Shown piece by piece: positions 1-14,100 of a stretch of 64,000 nt of DNA. Every line of letters begins with the position of its first letter. Position 1 is the first letter of the stretch. Under the pieces are notes generated by a model. It had not been told where the DNA came from and made no database searches. It saw nothing but the letters and a program-made list of their open reading frames with translations. The stretch is from Eledone cirrhosa. Taxonomy: Eukaryota. The DNA lies in the NCBI GenBank assembly GCA_964016885.1, contig OZ024743.1, positions 83,824,001 through 83,888,000 of the forward strand, given 5' to 3'. Both the position numbers and the translations under genes were made by a program.

Positions 1-137
1 TAGCAAAAATGCCACCAGTCGTAAGCAACTACCACACCCCTTCCAACTTGACCGCGACTACGTCACGATTTTTAGCCATTTTGAAATGATTTCTTGGTGC
101 GATCGTTTTGGAAAATTTAATGTCTAGATATGAGCGA

Positions 138-225
138 GCTTCCTGAAGAATCCGGCGCTCGAGTTTATATAATTATTACATAATTATTGGATAACTCAAA
201 ACACGGACGAAACCATGGTAGAGGC
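138..225 (+). ncRNA. Type I hammerhead ribozyme motif (PLE-type)
   Basis: gcttc-CTGAAGA-(tccg..gagtt..aactc..cgga long stem II)-GAAA-CCATGG-TA-gaggc; stem I gcttc/gaggc, palindromic stem III ACCATGGT, GUA triplet. Confidence 0.7.
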
Positions 226-491
226 ATTTAAGTGTATTCTATTTTCTCCTAGTTTATTTTAAACCTAATTCTGCTTAGTTGACTGTATCTAGGCGATTAC
301 GCTGTCGAAATATTCGATAAATATTCCACTACGGCCGACGCGAAGCGCTAGTTTTGGTTATTTGTTGGAGATTCCTTCATAGAAGCCTCATTCATATAGC
401 CTGGTCTATTCGATTTTTTATATAGTTAATTATGCTAATTGGGAGAGGAAATAGTATATATTTTATCTTGTGATTCTATAGACATGTTTTA

Positions 492-533
<42 letters not shown>

Positions 534-736
534 TAATAACATTCGATTCGTTTGCAATTATGCAAACAAGCCTCAATTTTATAGCCATGTCAGTAGAATG
601 AACACTTCATTCTTGCTCTTGTGTTGGTATTCTGTTCGTATGCCATCACAAGAGCAAGAATGAAGTGTTCATTCTACTGACATGGCTATAAAATTGAGGC
701 TTGTTTGCATAATTGCAAACGAATCGAATGTTATTA
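534..736. repeat. Perfect inverted repeat, ~90-bp arms, next to (TA)n
   Basis: taataacattcg...cttgtg is mirrored by cacaag...cgaatgttatta around a ~23-nt spacer. Confidence 0.9.
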
Positions 737-913
737 GGATTGGCAGTATCGGTAGAGGGTCGGACGTCATGCTTTGACGCATAGAGTTACGGCCCTTTCC
801 ATTCTGAGTTCAAATCCCGCCGAGATCAACCGTCCTTACGGGATCGGTAAAATAAAGTACCAGTAATGTACTGGGTTATTGCTGGCCTTGTGCCAAAAGT
901 AGAAACAATTATT
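737..913 (+). mobile_element. tRNA-derived SINE with Meta-like central domain
   Basis: A-box-like tggcagtatcggtag, B-box gagttcaaatccc, ..taaaataaagtaccagt, tail ccaaaagtagaaacaattatt; many copies in the window. Confidence 0.8.
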
Positions 914-986
914 AATATTCGAAAAACTCAGATTATATTTATTGTATTCAGCCATGTAGAGCGAAATTTTCTTTTATATATATATA

Positions 987-1210
987 TATATCAACTAGAA
1001 ATAGATTGACATATATATATATATATATATAAAATAAATACATGAAACAATCACAGGGAATAATTTGTAAAGAATGTAGGCACACATAGCTAGGTAGGTA
1101 ACTAATTAAAGTTTGACTAGAACTGCCTACATTCTTTACAAATTATTCCCTGTGATTGTTTCATGTATTTATTTTATATATATATATGTCAATCTATTTC
1201 TAGTTGATAT
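987..1210. repeat. Inverted repeat with (TA)n in its arms
   Basis: atatcaactagaaatag...gtaggca mirrored by tgcctac...ctagttgatat. Confidence 0.85.
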
Positions 1211-1303
1211 GTAATGCTCGTATCTAATCTTTGAGCTTATTCTACGGTGGATATGGTGCATGTCTCTCAGATATCACAACCCTTAATTTTAATTTTGTAA
1301 TTT

Positions 1304-1380
<77 letters not shown>

Positions 1381-1630
1381 CTCATTAAAACAACAGAAGG
1401 CCGTACTGTAAAATTGATTTTAGAATTTTAATTCCGCGATAACACTATACATATTTCAATGGCCCAGCAGTAAACTACCTAACATAAATATTATATATAT
1501 ATATACATATATATATATACATATATATATGTATATGTGTAGGTTCATATAACTGTGCTATGTCACATAATGTACATAGATATAACTGTGATATATAGAT
1601 ATTGTAATATATAGATATAATTGTGGTATA

Positions 1631-1929
1631 CAGTGTACCTCCAGCTTTCGCGGTCCCGGTATTCGTGATCCCGATTATTCGCGGAATTTTCTTTAGAACC
1701 TAATAACTGTCGCGGAAACCACCGCATATTCGCGGAATCGTAAATATCTTCCGCAATTTTTTAATGGCTTTTTTCGTAGCAATATATATTTTTCCACGCT
1801 AAGTTATAACAATATACCGTATTTGTCGGCCTATATTTTACGTTATGTTTTGGCGTCCGATATTCACGGTTCTTCATTCTTCGCGGGTGCTCTAGGAACG
1901 TAACCCCCGCGAATACCGGGGGACAACTG
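1631..1929. mobile_element. Tigger/pogo-like MITE
   Basis: TA|cagtgtacctcc ... gggggacaactg|TA termini and internal ttcgcgg subterminal motifs. Confidence 0.6.
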
Positions 1930-1975
1930 TATACATATGTTTTACATTGGGATATATTGAGATATACACTATATA

Positions 1976-2093
1976 TAATTGTTTCGACTTTTGTCATAAG
2001 GCCGCAATTATCCCAGTGCATTACTGGAACTTATTTTATCGACCCCGTAAGGATGAAAGGCAAAGTTAACCTCGGCGGGATTTGAACTCAGAA
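1976..2093 (-). mobile_element. Partial Meta-like SINE
   Basis: Reverse complement of the 737-913 family (gaccccgtaaggatgaaaggcaaagttaacctcggcgggatttgaactc). Confidence 0.75.
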
Positions 2094-2326
2094 CTATATA
2101 TAATAGATAGATATCATAACTTTGAAAGGCCATGTCTAACTCTATTAGATCATGGTTCATATCTCAGTCATGTTTTTGACACCAGGGCCCACTTCAGGCA
2201 GGAATTTGTCCAGGGACCTTTTGAATTTTACGGTATCTGTTTCTGTTTTGATCTGTATATCATTGTGAGATATAAATTTATAATGAATGTTATGTGTGTG
2301 TGGGGAGGGAGGAGTGTTTGTGTGTT

Positions 2327-2470
2327 CATTTTATAAAGGTTAAATAGTGAGTCTTGTTATGGCGAAACTCCAGAGTAACAAGACTCACTATGTAACCTTA
2401 ATAAAATTAATATTAAAATTCTACTTTGGTATTGTGTACTCCCTTCCCTCAGCTATCAGCCACATACCAC
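2327..2470 (+). mobile_element. PLE-like 3' end: HHR 3' half plus inverted 5' copy
   Basis: gcGAAActccagaGTAacaagac..aataaa preceded by its own inverse; same family as 18799-19010. Confidence 0.55.
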
Positions 2471-2782
2471 GCGTTTCCCCTGACGTCATATAAAATTCTG
2501 TGTACTTGTTATGGCTTAAATGCTATAAATTAATGTTTTGTCTCTCGTCACTTACTCCACTGAACAGCATTTTGGCTTGTGTCAGACGCTGTGTCCCCGG
2601 GTGAACCAGCAGTACCGTTTGGTAGGGGTCGAAACTGCCAAAGTCCATCTCAACGACCGATGACCCTGGAGTTCTATTTATATTTTTTTAAACTAATTTT
2701 TATTAGATTTCCTCTTAAAAAATTGTTTTACGTTTCGCTTTGTTATCGATACATACATACATACAATGACACATATATACAT

Positions 2783-3167
2783 TAGGTGGTCCTTTTAAAC
2801 TTTCTAAAAGTTTAGCTCCCACGCCCCTATCTTGTTCAAATTAACAAAAACCAATCTATGCAAAACTTTAGCTCAAGCGGACCACTGCAAGGAGACCCTC
2901 ATCGACCGTTAAATTTTCAAGTTTTCGCCCGGAAAGTCATTTTTTCGGATAAAAATCTTTTATCTCTTATATAATTTTCTCTTAAATTAAAAACTTGTTC
3001 AGACTTATTCTTGGTATTAGAAGAATAAGTGACAATAAACATAACGGGGAAGGCAACTTTCAAAGCTGGAGACAGAGCGCAGGTATAGGGTAAACACCTA
3101 TTTTTCGCTGTGGGAGCAGCAAAATATTAACTTTCGGAAAATTACCTATTGTTAAGGGCCACCCTAA
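2783..3167. mobile_element. Short TIR element (MITE)
   Basis: ttaggtggtcctt ... aagggccaccctaa imperfect terminal inverted repeats. Confidence 0.45.
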
Positions 3168-3210
3168 TATATCAGTATGTGGTTGACAGCTGAGAGAAAT
3201 GAGAACTCGG

Positions 3211-3280
<70 letters not shown>

Positions 3281-3394
3281 TTGTACTTGTTTATATACAA
3301 ATACAATGAGAAAAGGAGGGCAAGGAGAAATATATAAGCATATTTCTCCTTGCTCTCCTTTTCTCATTGTATTTGTATATAAACAAGTACAAGG

Positions 3395-3700
3395 AGAAAG
3401 GGAGAGCAAGGAGAGCAAGGATAAAATGAGAGCAAGGAGAGCAATGATAAAAGAAGAGCAACGAGAGCAAGGAGAACAATGAGAAAAGGAGAGCAAGGAG
3501 TGGAAGGAGAGCAAGGAGAGTAAGGAGAAAAGGAGAACAAGGGGAGCAGTGAGAAAAGGAAAGCAAGGAAGCAAGGAGAGCAAAGATAAAAGGAGAGCAA
3601 GGAGAACAAGGGTAAAAGGAGAGCAAGGAGAGCAATGATAAAAGGAGAGCAAGGAGAGCAATTGGAAAAGGAGAGCAAGTATAAAGGGAGAGCAAGTTAT
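3395..3700 (+). repeat. Purine-rich minisatellite (ggagagcaa)n
   Basis: Degenerate 9-bp tandem unit. Confidence 0.8.
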
Positions 3701-3729
3701 GCTGGAAGTGGACAAATGTGAAAGAATCA

Positions 3730-4048
3730 ACTGCACCAAAATAGCATTTCTTCCTTTACAAACATCGAGTTTTCCCCTTTTGTAACTCTTGGTACAAAAA
3801 CTTTCTTCACGAGATTTTCTATCAGCACCGATTTCCTCGACAAAGACCCTCCAACATGGAAAGATGATCCTGGTTACAAAAGTGGACTTAAAAAACTTGA
3901 GAAGACAGTGTTGTTGCGAATGATGTTGCAGAAAGAGGGATTATAATAACATTCTCACAAAAGATGAAACCGAGAAACAATTTGTTTTACAGATCGTTAC
4001 CGAAAACCGTAAAACTGCCACTAAATCCTCTCTTATGCAAAAATAATA
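3730..4048 (+). pseudogene. C-terminal remnant of a DDE transposase (possibly Sola-like)
   Basis: Manual translation TFFTRFSISTDFLDKDPPTWKDD..(frameshift)VVANDVAERG..LTKDETEKQFVLQIV. Confidence 0.5.
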
Positions 4049-4233
4049 GTTTCTCCTTTTGCACAAGGTCAGCAAATACCCAGTGCATTACTGGTACCTT
4101 ATTATATCGACTCCATATGGATGAAAGGCAAAGTTAACCTCGGTGGGATTTGAACTCAGAATGGAAAGGGCCGTAACTATATGCGTCAAAGCATGGCGTC
4201 CAACCCTCTACCGATACTGCCAATCCACCGCCC
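4049..4233 (-). mobile_element. Meta-like SINE with 16-bp target-site duplication
   Basis: Full reverse copy flanked by cttatgcaaaaataat at about 4033 and 4250. Confidence 0.8.
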
Positions 4234-4354
4234 TGGCCTTATCCACCGCCTTATGCAAAAATAATGTTCAATATTCAGTGTTCAGTGATCACATTATGTT
4301 TTTGATTCTATAGAAATTATTGTTGTAAATAAAAATACGTTTCTCTTATAGACG

Positions 4355-5040
4355 TTGTGTGCTTGCCTTGCACTCCACCAATCCCACTCTCTGAGCATCG
4401 AAAACACTACCCGAAAAGGAGAACTGGTCAACATCATCTGATGCTTCCGAAGCCGCAGGTTTTTTTGTGTTTTTTTTCAGAGTTTCCCTCTCCTAGAAAG
4501 GTGTTGTGATAACAACTGGGGGGCCTTTCACTCCCACGTAAAAAAAAAGTACTATTTGGATGGCCGTTGACTCTGCCGAGTTCCTCCGCCCTTTGCTGGA
4601 TCTTGTATTTCATGCCGCAGGGTCTCCAAATATCACTCTCCTCACCAAGCAAGCTTGGTAGGGTTGCCAGTTTAGTCGCCGACGACCTGACCATGAGACA
4701 GGTTGTACTGGGTTAAATGTTACCAGTAGCACTCGAGAGCGAGCTGACATAAACATACATACATGCATACATACATACATACATCGTGGCTGCAAACTCT
4801 GCTAAGAGTATTGCAATCACTTGTCAGATTACAGTAAATGGTGCACCTTTAGGCTAAAGCCAGCCACATGAACCTGCAACAGACCCTGAACAAGCAATGC
4901 CTGTGCTTTGAAGGTTTTTTTAAGTGGGGAAAGGACTTGCACTCGACCAATCCCACTCTCTGAGCATCGAAAACACTACCAGAAAAGGAGAACTTGTCAA
5001 CATCATCTGATGCTTCCGAAGCCGCAAGTCTTTTTTTTTC
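4355..5040 (-). mobile_element. Two diverged RTE-derived non-autonomous element copies
   Basis: Share ggcgactaaactggcaaccc head, cccactctc body and (TATG)n spacers with 45632-47600. Confidence 0.6.
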
Positions 5041-5083
5041 ATACATACGTACAAACATACATTGTACTTAGATATCATATATC

Positions 5084-5119
<36 letters not shown>

Positions 5120-5309
5120 GTGTGTACGTGTATGTGTGTGTGTGTACGTGTATGTATGTGTGTGTGTGTGTGTATGTGTGGGTGTGTGTGTGTATGTATG
5201 TGTGTGTGTGTGTGTGACAAACTATATAACAAGGTGTGTATTTTCTTTGTCGTTTATGTATGTTGGTCACATGCTATGGTGTCTTCACTTTCTATTCGTT
5301 TTTGTGGTC

Positions 5310-5338
5310 GACAACAGCAACAACAACAATAACAATAA

Positions 5339-5370
<32 letters not shown>

Positions 5371-7215
5371 GCAACAACACCAACAATAACAGCAACAACA
5401 ACAACACCAACAATAACACCAACAACAGCAGAAACAATAACAGCAACAATAACAGCAACAACAACAACAATAACAACAACAACAACAACAATAACAACAA
5501 CAACAACAGCAACAATAACAGCAACAACAACAACAACAATAACAGCAACAACAATAACACCAACAATAACACTAACAACAACAACAATAACAACAACAAC
5601 AACAACAATAACAACAACAACAACAGCAACAATAACAGCAACAACAACAACAACAATAACAGCAACAACAACAACAATAACAACAACAACAACAACAATA
5701 ACAACAACAACAGCAGCAACAATAACAGCAACAATAACAGCAACAACAACAACAACAATAACACCAACAACAACACCAACAACAACACCAACAACAGCAG
5801 CAACAATAACAGCAACAACAACAACACCAACAATAACACCAACAACAACAACACCAACAACAACACCAACACCAGCAGCAACAATAACAGCAACAATAAC
5901 ACCAACAACAACAACACCAACAATAACAGCAACAATAACAGCAACAATAACAGCAACAACAATAACAGCAACAATAACACCAACAACAACAACACCAACA
6001 ACAACACCAACAATAACAGCAACAATAACAGCAACAACAACACCAACAACAGCAGCAACAACAACACCAACAACAGCAGCAACAATAACAGCAACAACAA
6101 CACCAACAACAGCAGCAACAACAACACCAACAACACCAACAACAATAACAGCAACAACAACACCAACAACAGCAGCAACAATAACAGCAACAACAACACC
6201 AACAACAGCAGCAACAATAACAGCAACAATAACACCAACAACAGCAGCAACAATAACAGCAACAATAACACCAACAACAGCAGCAACAATAACAGCAACA
6301 ATAACACCAACAACAGCAACAACAATAACAGCAACAATAACACCAACAACAGCAGCAACAATAACAGCAACAACAACACCAACAACAGCAGCAACAATAA
6401 CAGCAACAACAACACCAACAACAGCAGCAACAATAACAGCAACAATAACACCAACAACAGCAGCAACAATAACAGCAACAATAACACCAACAACAGCAGC
6501 AACAATAACAGCAACAATAACACCAACAACAGCAACAACAATAACAGCAACAATAACACCAACAACAGCAGCAACAATAACAGCAACAATAACACCAACA
6601 ACAGCAGCAACAATAACAGCAACAATAACACCAACAACAGCAGCAACAATAACAGCAACAATAACACCAACAACAGCAACAACAATAACAGCAACAATAA
6701 CACCAACAACAGCAGCAACAATAACAGCAACAACAGCAGCAACAATAACAGCAACAATAACACCAACAACAGCAGCAACAATAACAGCAACAATAACACC
6801 AACAACAGCAGCAACAATAACAGCAACAATAACACCAACAACAGCAACAACAATAACAGCAACAATAACACCAACAACAGCAGCAACAATAACAGCAACA
6901 ATAACACCAACAACAGCAACAACAATAACAGCAACAATAACACCAACAACAGCAACAACAATAACAGCAACAATAACACCAACAACAGCAGCAACAATAA
7001 CACCAACAACAACAACACCAACAATAACACCAACAACACCAACAACAGCAGCAACAATAACACCAACAATAACACCAACAACAACACCAACAATAACACC
7101 AACAACAGCAGCAACAATAACAGCAATAACATCAACAGCAACAGTAGTAGCAGCAATAACAGCAGCAGTAATATAGTCAACATCAGCAACAACAACAACA
7201 ATAACAACCAACAGT
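5310..7215 (+). repeat. (AAC)n-derived microsatellite with 36-bp higher-order unit
   Basis: Recurrent aacaataacagcaacaataacaccaacaacagcagc. Confidence 0.95.
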
Positions 7216-7310
7216 AATAAAAAGCTTTTAACTCTTAATTGCTTGATCAGTGCGCCCTCTCTTGAGGGTATAGCTAACCTTTAGTGAAGTGTGTGTATAT
7301 ATATATATAT

Positions 7311-7353
<43 letters not shown>

Positions 7354-7845
7354 GTGTGTGTATATATATATATATAAAAGGCACGTGCCTATATACAAAC
7401 ATACATATGTGTGTGTACATGCGACCGAGGGCGAGGAGTGTGTGCATGTGTGCATGCATGCATGTGTGCATGTATATGAGTTTATCCGTGTATAACTGTA
7501 TATGCGAGTGTACATACATACATACATACATGCAAGCACACATACATAATGCATACATACATACATATATGCATACATACATGCATACATACATGCATAC
7601 ATACATACATGCAAGCATACATACATAATGCATACATACATACATATATGCATACATAAATGCATGCATAATACATACATACATACATAATGCATACATA
7701 CATACATATATGCATACACATATACATGCATAATACATGCATACATGCATACATACATACATACATACATACATACATACATACATACATACATACATAC
7801 ATACATACATACATACATACGTACGTACGTACGTACATACATACA

Positions 7846-8925
7846 TAGCGGCAGCCAACTCGTGTCCGAACACGTCCATTTCTTAGAAGTAAAACACACA
7901 CACACACACATACACATACATTGGTGAAAACGTGTTATTGACGTTGCTGTCGCTAATGCTCATCAAACCAGGAATTGACTGTCATACCACAGTCAGCAGG
8001 TCAGTTTCCTGGTTGTGCCCACTTGCAGAGTGACACAGTTTCGTACAGATACCACATACAAAATCAAGTTGTATGGAGAAGTCAAATGTGTTATTTCCAT
8101 GAGTATGATGTCTGCTATGGCTTAGTAGCCCACTCTTTGACATACATACAGGTGCGCATCGCTCACGGGTAACAGTCACTTTCGAAGTTCGAGCTGGGGG
8201 TGGACTAACAGCCCCAGATATTTAACTGTTCACTTCACTTCAGCATAGGCTCTCAAATTCCTTAACATCAGTAGCAATCAGATTTTGCCACTGAGTTCTG
8301 TCTGTTGCAAGATTTTCCCATCTCCCAGAGTTGATGTTGACCTGCTTTAGGGCATCTTTCAGTCAGTCTTTAAAGCAATTCGGTGGCTTGCACTGCAGGC
8401 GTTTTCCACACAATACTTATTTTGGAATTCTGCTGTCCTCTAGACGAACTATGTCACCTGACCACCGGAAACACTGTTTCGTGATCATGTTCTCGGTGCT
8501 TGGCAGACAAGCCAGCTGCAGCACATCAGTATCTGGTCAATGAGACTTCCATGAGATTTTGAGAATGGAGCGCAAGAATTGTTGGTAGAAACGTTCGAGG
8601 CTCTGGATATGGGAGTGCTTGTTCTAGGGAGAGTACTTCCCAGATAGACGAACTTATCCACAACCTTCAATATTTTCCTTTGTCAGATATGGACGGTGAA
8701 ATATAAGGCTTTTTGGGTGCATGTTGGTACATCAGTGTTTTTTCAGGCTGATTGTCAGCCTGAACTTATCACACCCAGCCGAGAAAGCCTTCTTCCGTGT
8801 GTCTAACGAGATCAAAGTCGTCTGCATAAAGAAGATTCCTTATGAGTTGAGTACAATATATGTTTTTGATGCAGCAAATAATCGTCGGATGTTAAAGAGC
8901 TTTCCTGCTGTTCGATAACGTTTAT
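7846..8925 (-). mobile_element. Degenerate RTE LINE 3' portion
   Basis: KVVDKFVYLGSTL motif; RTE-like tail cgagttggctgccgc followed by (TATG)n. Confidence 0.6.
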
Positions 8926-9148
8926 ATATGCATATGCATATATTTATACTAACAGACACAGTGACCCCTATCAACTAACAGTGCCGTCGGTAGAGGTCAA
9001 AATTGCATACATCAATTTCGAAGACCGATGATTGCGAAGTTTCTTTTTTTCACCTGTTGCCAATTTTGCAATATTATCTCTGACGTGGTTCCTTTCCTCT
9101 TTTGTTGTTCAGCAGCGCTATGTATATATATATATATATATATATATA

Positions 9149-9499
<351 letters not shown>

Positions 9500-10899
9500 T
9501 GTAACTCTTTGAAAGTTGCATAATAATAATAACATTCTAGTAAGATAGGGAGATGTAATATACGTCATAATATTATCATTGCAATGTTCTGCACAAGGCA
9601 AGATAGAAGATAGAAGTTATGAGACCTGTGTTATCTAGTGTATACATTTGCTTTCAAACTACTTAACATTAATACTCTTATAATTATTGCTAAGAAATAC
9701 TACGTTAGTTTTCAAACAGAAGATATGGCATGAATTCAACCGAGAGTTATATAACTACATCATCCCACACTACACTATACCACATCACAGCGGATTTCTT
9801 CCAGAGAAGGAGAAAGTGTGGGAGAAAGGAAGTGATAAAGAGATATTGAGGAAGAGACGAGCCCAGTACTGGCCGGGTCATTTTCTTTTTCTTTTCTTTT
9901 TTTCTACCTCGAAAGAAAGACAAATTTGCTCTCGGTGGGATTTAAACTCAGGAAGCAGAGAGCCGGAAGGAATGCTGCAAAGCATTCTATCCAAGGTTCT
10001 AACGACTCTGTCAATTCGTCGCCTGTTCGTGGGTTCTAATTAGAAGGTAACTAGCTGACGTGGAGAAAATAGTATAGACTGTCCTTTGTAGCAACATTAT
10101 CTAACTGGTGTGACATTAGGGACTAATTGGAGTAACATTTTCTCCACAAACTCCACTGGGATGCAGAGAACACCCAAACCCCATAAAATAACATCTAAGA
10201 GACCTGAGGTACCCGACGGGATATAGGGAGTTCTAAATACAAAGGGGACACCTGAAGAACACAATCACAGACACTTAACTGAAGGACTCAATTCACATCG
10301 TTGGTCCCAGAATAATTTTAAGAAATGACTAAATAAAAGAATGGGAAAGGAAGTAAAAGAGAGAAGGAGAGATGTAGTAGAAAAGAAGATAGGAATAAAT
10401 ATTAGGGGGAAAAATAGTAGGAATTTAGCTACGACTTTATACATTCTGAGTTCAAATCCTGCTGAGGTCTGCTTTGCCTTTTATCATTTCGATGTTAAAT
10501 ACTGGGGTCGATATAAAGACTTTCCTCTTCACCCAAATTACTGGTTTGAATTACATGGAATGAGTCCAAATTTGCCAACCAAGACCTCGTCCAAGGACCC
10601 CATATCTAAACCAGTCGGCTTTATCTTCCCAGAAAGCAATGGGTGTCCCTTAATCGGATCCGCACAACATATGCCAGGAAAGCCCATCATCTTCATTGAT
10701 GGAAAATGAAAAGCAGCCCAGCATATGACTATGGGGACCCTGACCAGACAGTACTGCATGTTGTTCGGGATTTCCCCCTCTGACGTTTTCAAGGCGGCCT
10801 GGAGGCAACCCATAATGATGAAAATGACGCCCTAGTCTGGCTCGCCGGTCTTGACCTGTCTCTCCAACTATTGCGCATATCATACGACAAGAATAACTG

Positions 10900-11560
10900 G
10901 TTGCATGCCTAAATTAGAAATCGCTATTCCTAGAAATTAGTTGGAGACCGCAAAAGGATACATGAAATATTGAATGAACAATTCGAGGGTATTTTCACCT
11001 CCCCGATGGAAGATATCCAAATAAATAAACCAGTTAAGTTCTTCAATATTACAGCTCTACATAGGGGAAGTGGTAATCATTGATATAAGAGAGATAGAGG
11101 TAATATCAGCCATATGTGAGCAACTTAATCGGACGCTCTGGTTTGTTCCTAACAATTCTGTTTAAAATATGTGAAGAAACTTTAGTAAAACCACTTCAAA
11201 TGCTTTTCCAAAGCTTCCTTGCAAATGATTAAACGCTCTAGAAATTTAAAAGAATGCATTATACACCCTGTACATAAACATGCTAAAGATTACAGGTTTA
11301 TCTCATTGACCTCACGTATTAGCAAAGCCATGGCACGAGCTAGCGAGAAGGAAACTGATTGTGTACCTAGAGGAAAATGACTTACTAACTGACACCCAGC
11401 TTATCTTTTCTCCGAGGAGGAGCAACCTTACATGGCTTTTGTAGCATTAGGATTGGATGTTTAAATGTGAATGTTAAATATCACGCTTTTGAGACAACTT
11501 TTGATCAATGAATGATATATCATAAATTAGGTGATCACGGAATAAATAAAAAACTAGAAG
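10900..11560 (+). pseudogene. Degenerate CR1/Jockey-group reverse transcriptase fragment
   Basis: Manual translation LVKPLQMLFQSFL..IIHPVHK..DYRFISLTSRISK with stops. Confidence 0.5.
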
Positions 11561-11947
11561 AATGAGAGCACACATTTATTTTAAGTATCAAAGGCAATTG
11601 ATAACCTCGACAGTAAATGTAAAGCGCAATAAATGAGTGGACTGACGAAAACAACAAACAATTTAATGCTGATGGACAGATAAGTTAATGGAAGAAGTTG
11701 AAAGAAATAGGACCTTGGAGTCAAGACGGGTAAGATTCGCAGTAATATGTTTTGAATATATATATATATATGAAAAACATGGGGAGAAGAATACTGCATG
11801 GTTGCACATGGATTACATATTATAAAATTAGTCCCTCATCAGTGATTTGCCAACGATCATTGGTATTTCATCGCATTAAAAATCATATACCTCAGGTTGG
11901 TGCGAGCAATAACTAAAATAAGCTATTGGGAAAAGTGAAACGCGTAA

Positions 11948-12062
<115 letters not shown>

Positions 12063-12109
12063 TCCGAGTTGAATCGGAGGTAACTACAGTAAGCAAGGTC
12101 TCAATACAT

Positions 12110-12160
12110 AGCTTCCTGATGATTTCTCACGAATGAAACAGTTCTAGTCCTGTAGAAGCT
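12110..12160 (+). ncRNA. Type I hammerhead ribozyme motif
   Basis: agcttc-CTGATGA-tttctcacgaat-GAAA-cag..ctg-TA-gaagct; perfect 6-bp stem I; embedded in (TA)n. Confidence 0.75.
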
Positions 12161-12161
12161 C

Positions 12162-12256
<95 letters not shown>

Positions 12257-12469
12257 ATATATATTATATATATATATATATATATTAATAAGAACGATGA
12301 AGTTTCCTTTAGATGTATTTAGATATTTATTCTGCATCGACCTGTTACACACGTTTCGTTGAGGATTGGCTCAGGGTCACCCATAAAAGTTATGAACCCG
12401 AATCCATTATCGATCTGGTCTTCAGACTGGTGATGCGACAAAAAAATATTGCCATCTCCCGTATCGACT

Positions 12470-13473
12470 TCATCATCGTCATCGTCGTCGTCGTTGTCGT
12501 TATCAACATCATCATCACTATCACCGTCATCGTCTGCATCACCCACATCGCCATCATCGTCGTCCTCGTCGTTATCGCCATCACCACCGCCACCACCACC
12601 GCCACCACCACCACCACCATCATCACCACCAACACAATCACCAACACCACCACTACCACCACCATCACCACCACCACCACCATCACCATCACCACCATCA
12701 CCACTACCACCACCACCACCATCATCACCACCACCACCACCACCACCACCACCATCACCACTACCACCAACACCACCACTAGCACCACCGCCAGCACCAC
12801 CACCACCACTATCACTACCACCACTATCACCACCAACACCATCACCAACACCACCACAACCACCACCAGCACCACCACCATCACTACCTCCACCACCACC
12901 ATCACCACCACCACAACCACCATCACCACCACCACCATCACCACCACCACCACCACCACCACCACCACCACCACCATCATCATTACCACCGCCACCACCA
13001 TCACCACCACCACCACCACCACCACCACCATCACCACCACCACCACCACCACCATCACCACCACCACTAACACCACCACCACCACCATCATCACCACTAC
13101 CACCATCACCACCACCACCACCACCACCACCACCATCATCATCACCACCACCACCATCACCACCACCACCACCACCACCACCACCATCACCACCACCACC
13201 ACCACCATCATCACCACCACCACCACCATCACCACCACCACTAACACCACCACCACCACCACCATCATCATCACCACCACCATGACTACCACCACCACCA
13301 CCACCATCATCACCACCACCACCACCACCACCATCACCACCACCACTAACACCACCACCACCACCATCATCACCACCACCACCACCACCACCATCACCAC
13401 CACCACTAACACCACCACCACCACCATCATCACCACCACCATGACCACCACCACCACCACCACCACCACCACC
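12470..13473 (+). repeat. (ACC/ATC)n microsatellite
   Basis: Direct inspection. Confidence 0.95.
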
Positions 13474-13843
13474 TTATTACCCTCAATACCTCGCCCCTGT
13501 GGATCTGACTATCTACATCTAAATGCAGATCAAAAATAATGAGTCCCTTGTGGTGCGGGTTGGAGGTGGCGCGTTGATATTATCATGGGAAGCATATCAT
13601 GTGTGTGTGAGAGCGTGTGCTTGTGTGTGAGTGTGTATGTGTTTGTGTATGCGTGAGTGTGCGCTTCTATATGTGTGCAGGTACAGGTGTGTACCTGTAC
13701 CTACACACACACATATATCTATATAAATATAGATATATGTGCTTGTGTTATATATATATATGCATGTGTGTATATATATATATATATGTAGAATATATAA
13801 ATATATGTATATGTGTGTGTGTGTATTTATATATATATGTAAG

Positions 13844-13903
<60 letters not shown>

Positions 13904-14100
13904 TAAATCTACCACTCAACGGTAGGGTCTAAACCGTATAAAGAACTCAATGTAATCCGTATGTAGAAGATGTCGTGAAGCAAAGTTTAAAATACAAACA
14001 TTTTTTTATCAACGATATAATTCAATTGGATACAGAGTCAAAATAGAAATATTAAAACAATGAAATTAAACACAAAACTGTTAATTCATAGTAAAACACA

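Noticed and set aside
2585-2650. Possible HHR (ggggtcGAAAct..agTC)
   Set aside because: No recognisable CUGAnGA or stem I upstream.
4908-7217. 769-aa Asn-rich ORF and overlapping poly-L/V/T ORFs
   Set aside because: Stop-free translations of (TG)n and (AAC)n microsatellites, open in several frames at once.
12313-13539. Thr/Pro-rich mucin- or extensin-like ORFs (also 34611-35726 and 41340-42335)
   Set aside because: Simple (ACC)n/(GGT)n repeats with no supporting domains or clear splice context.
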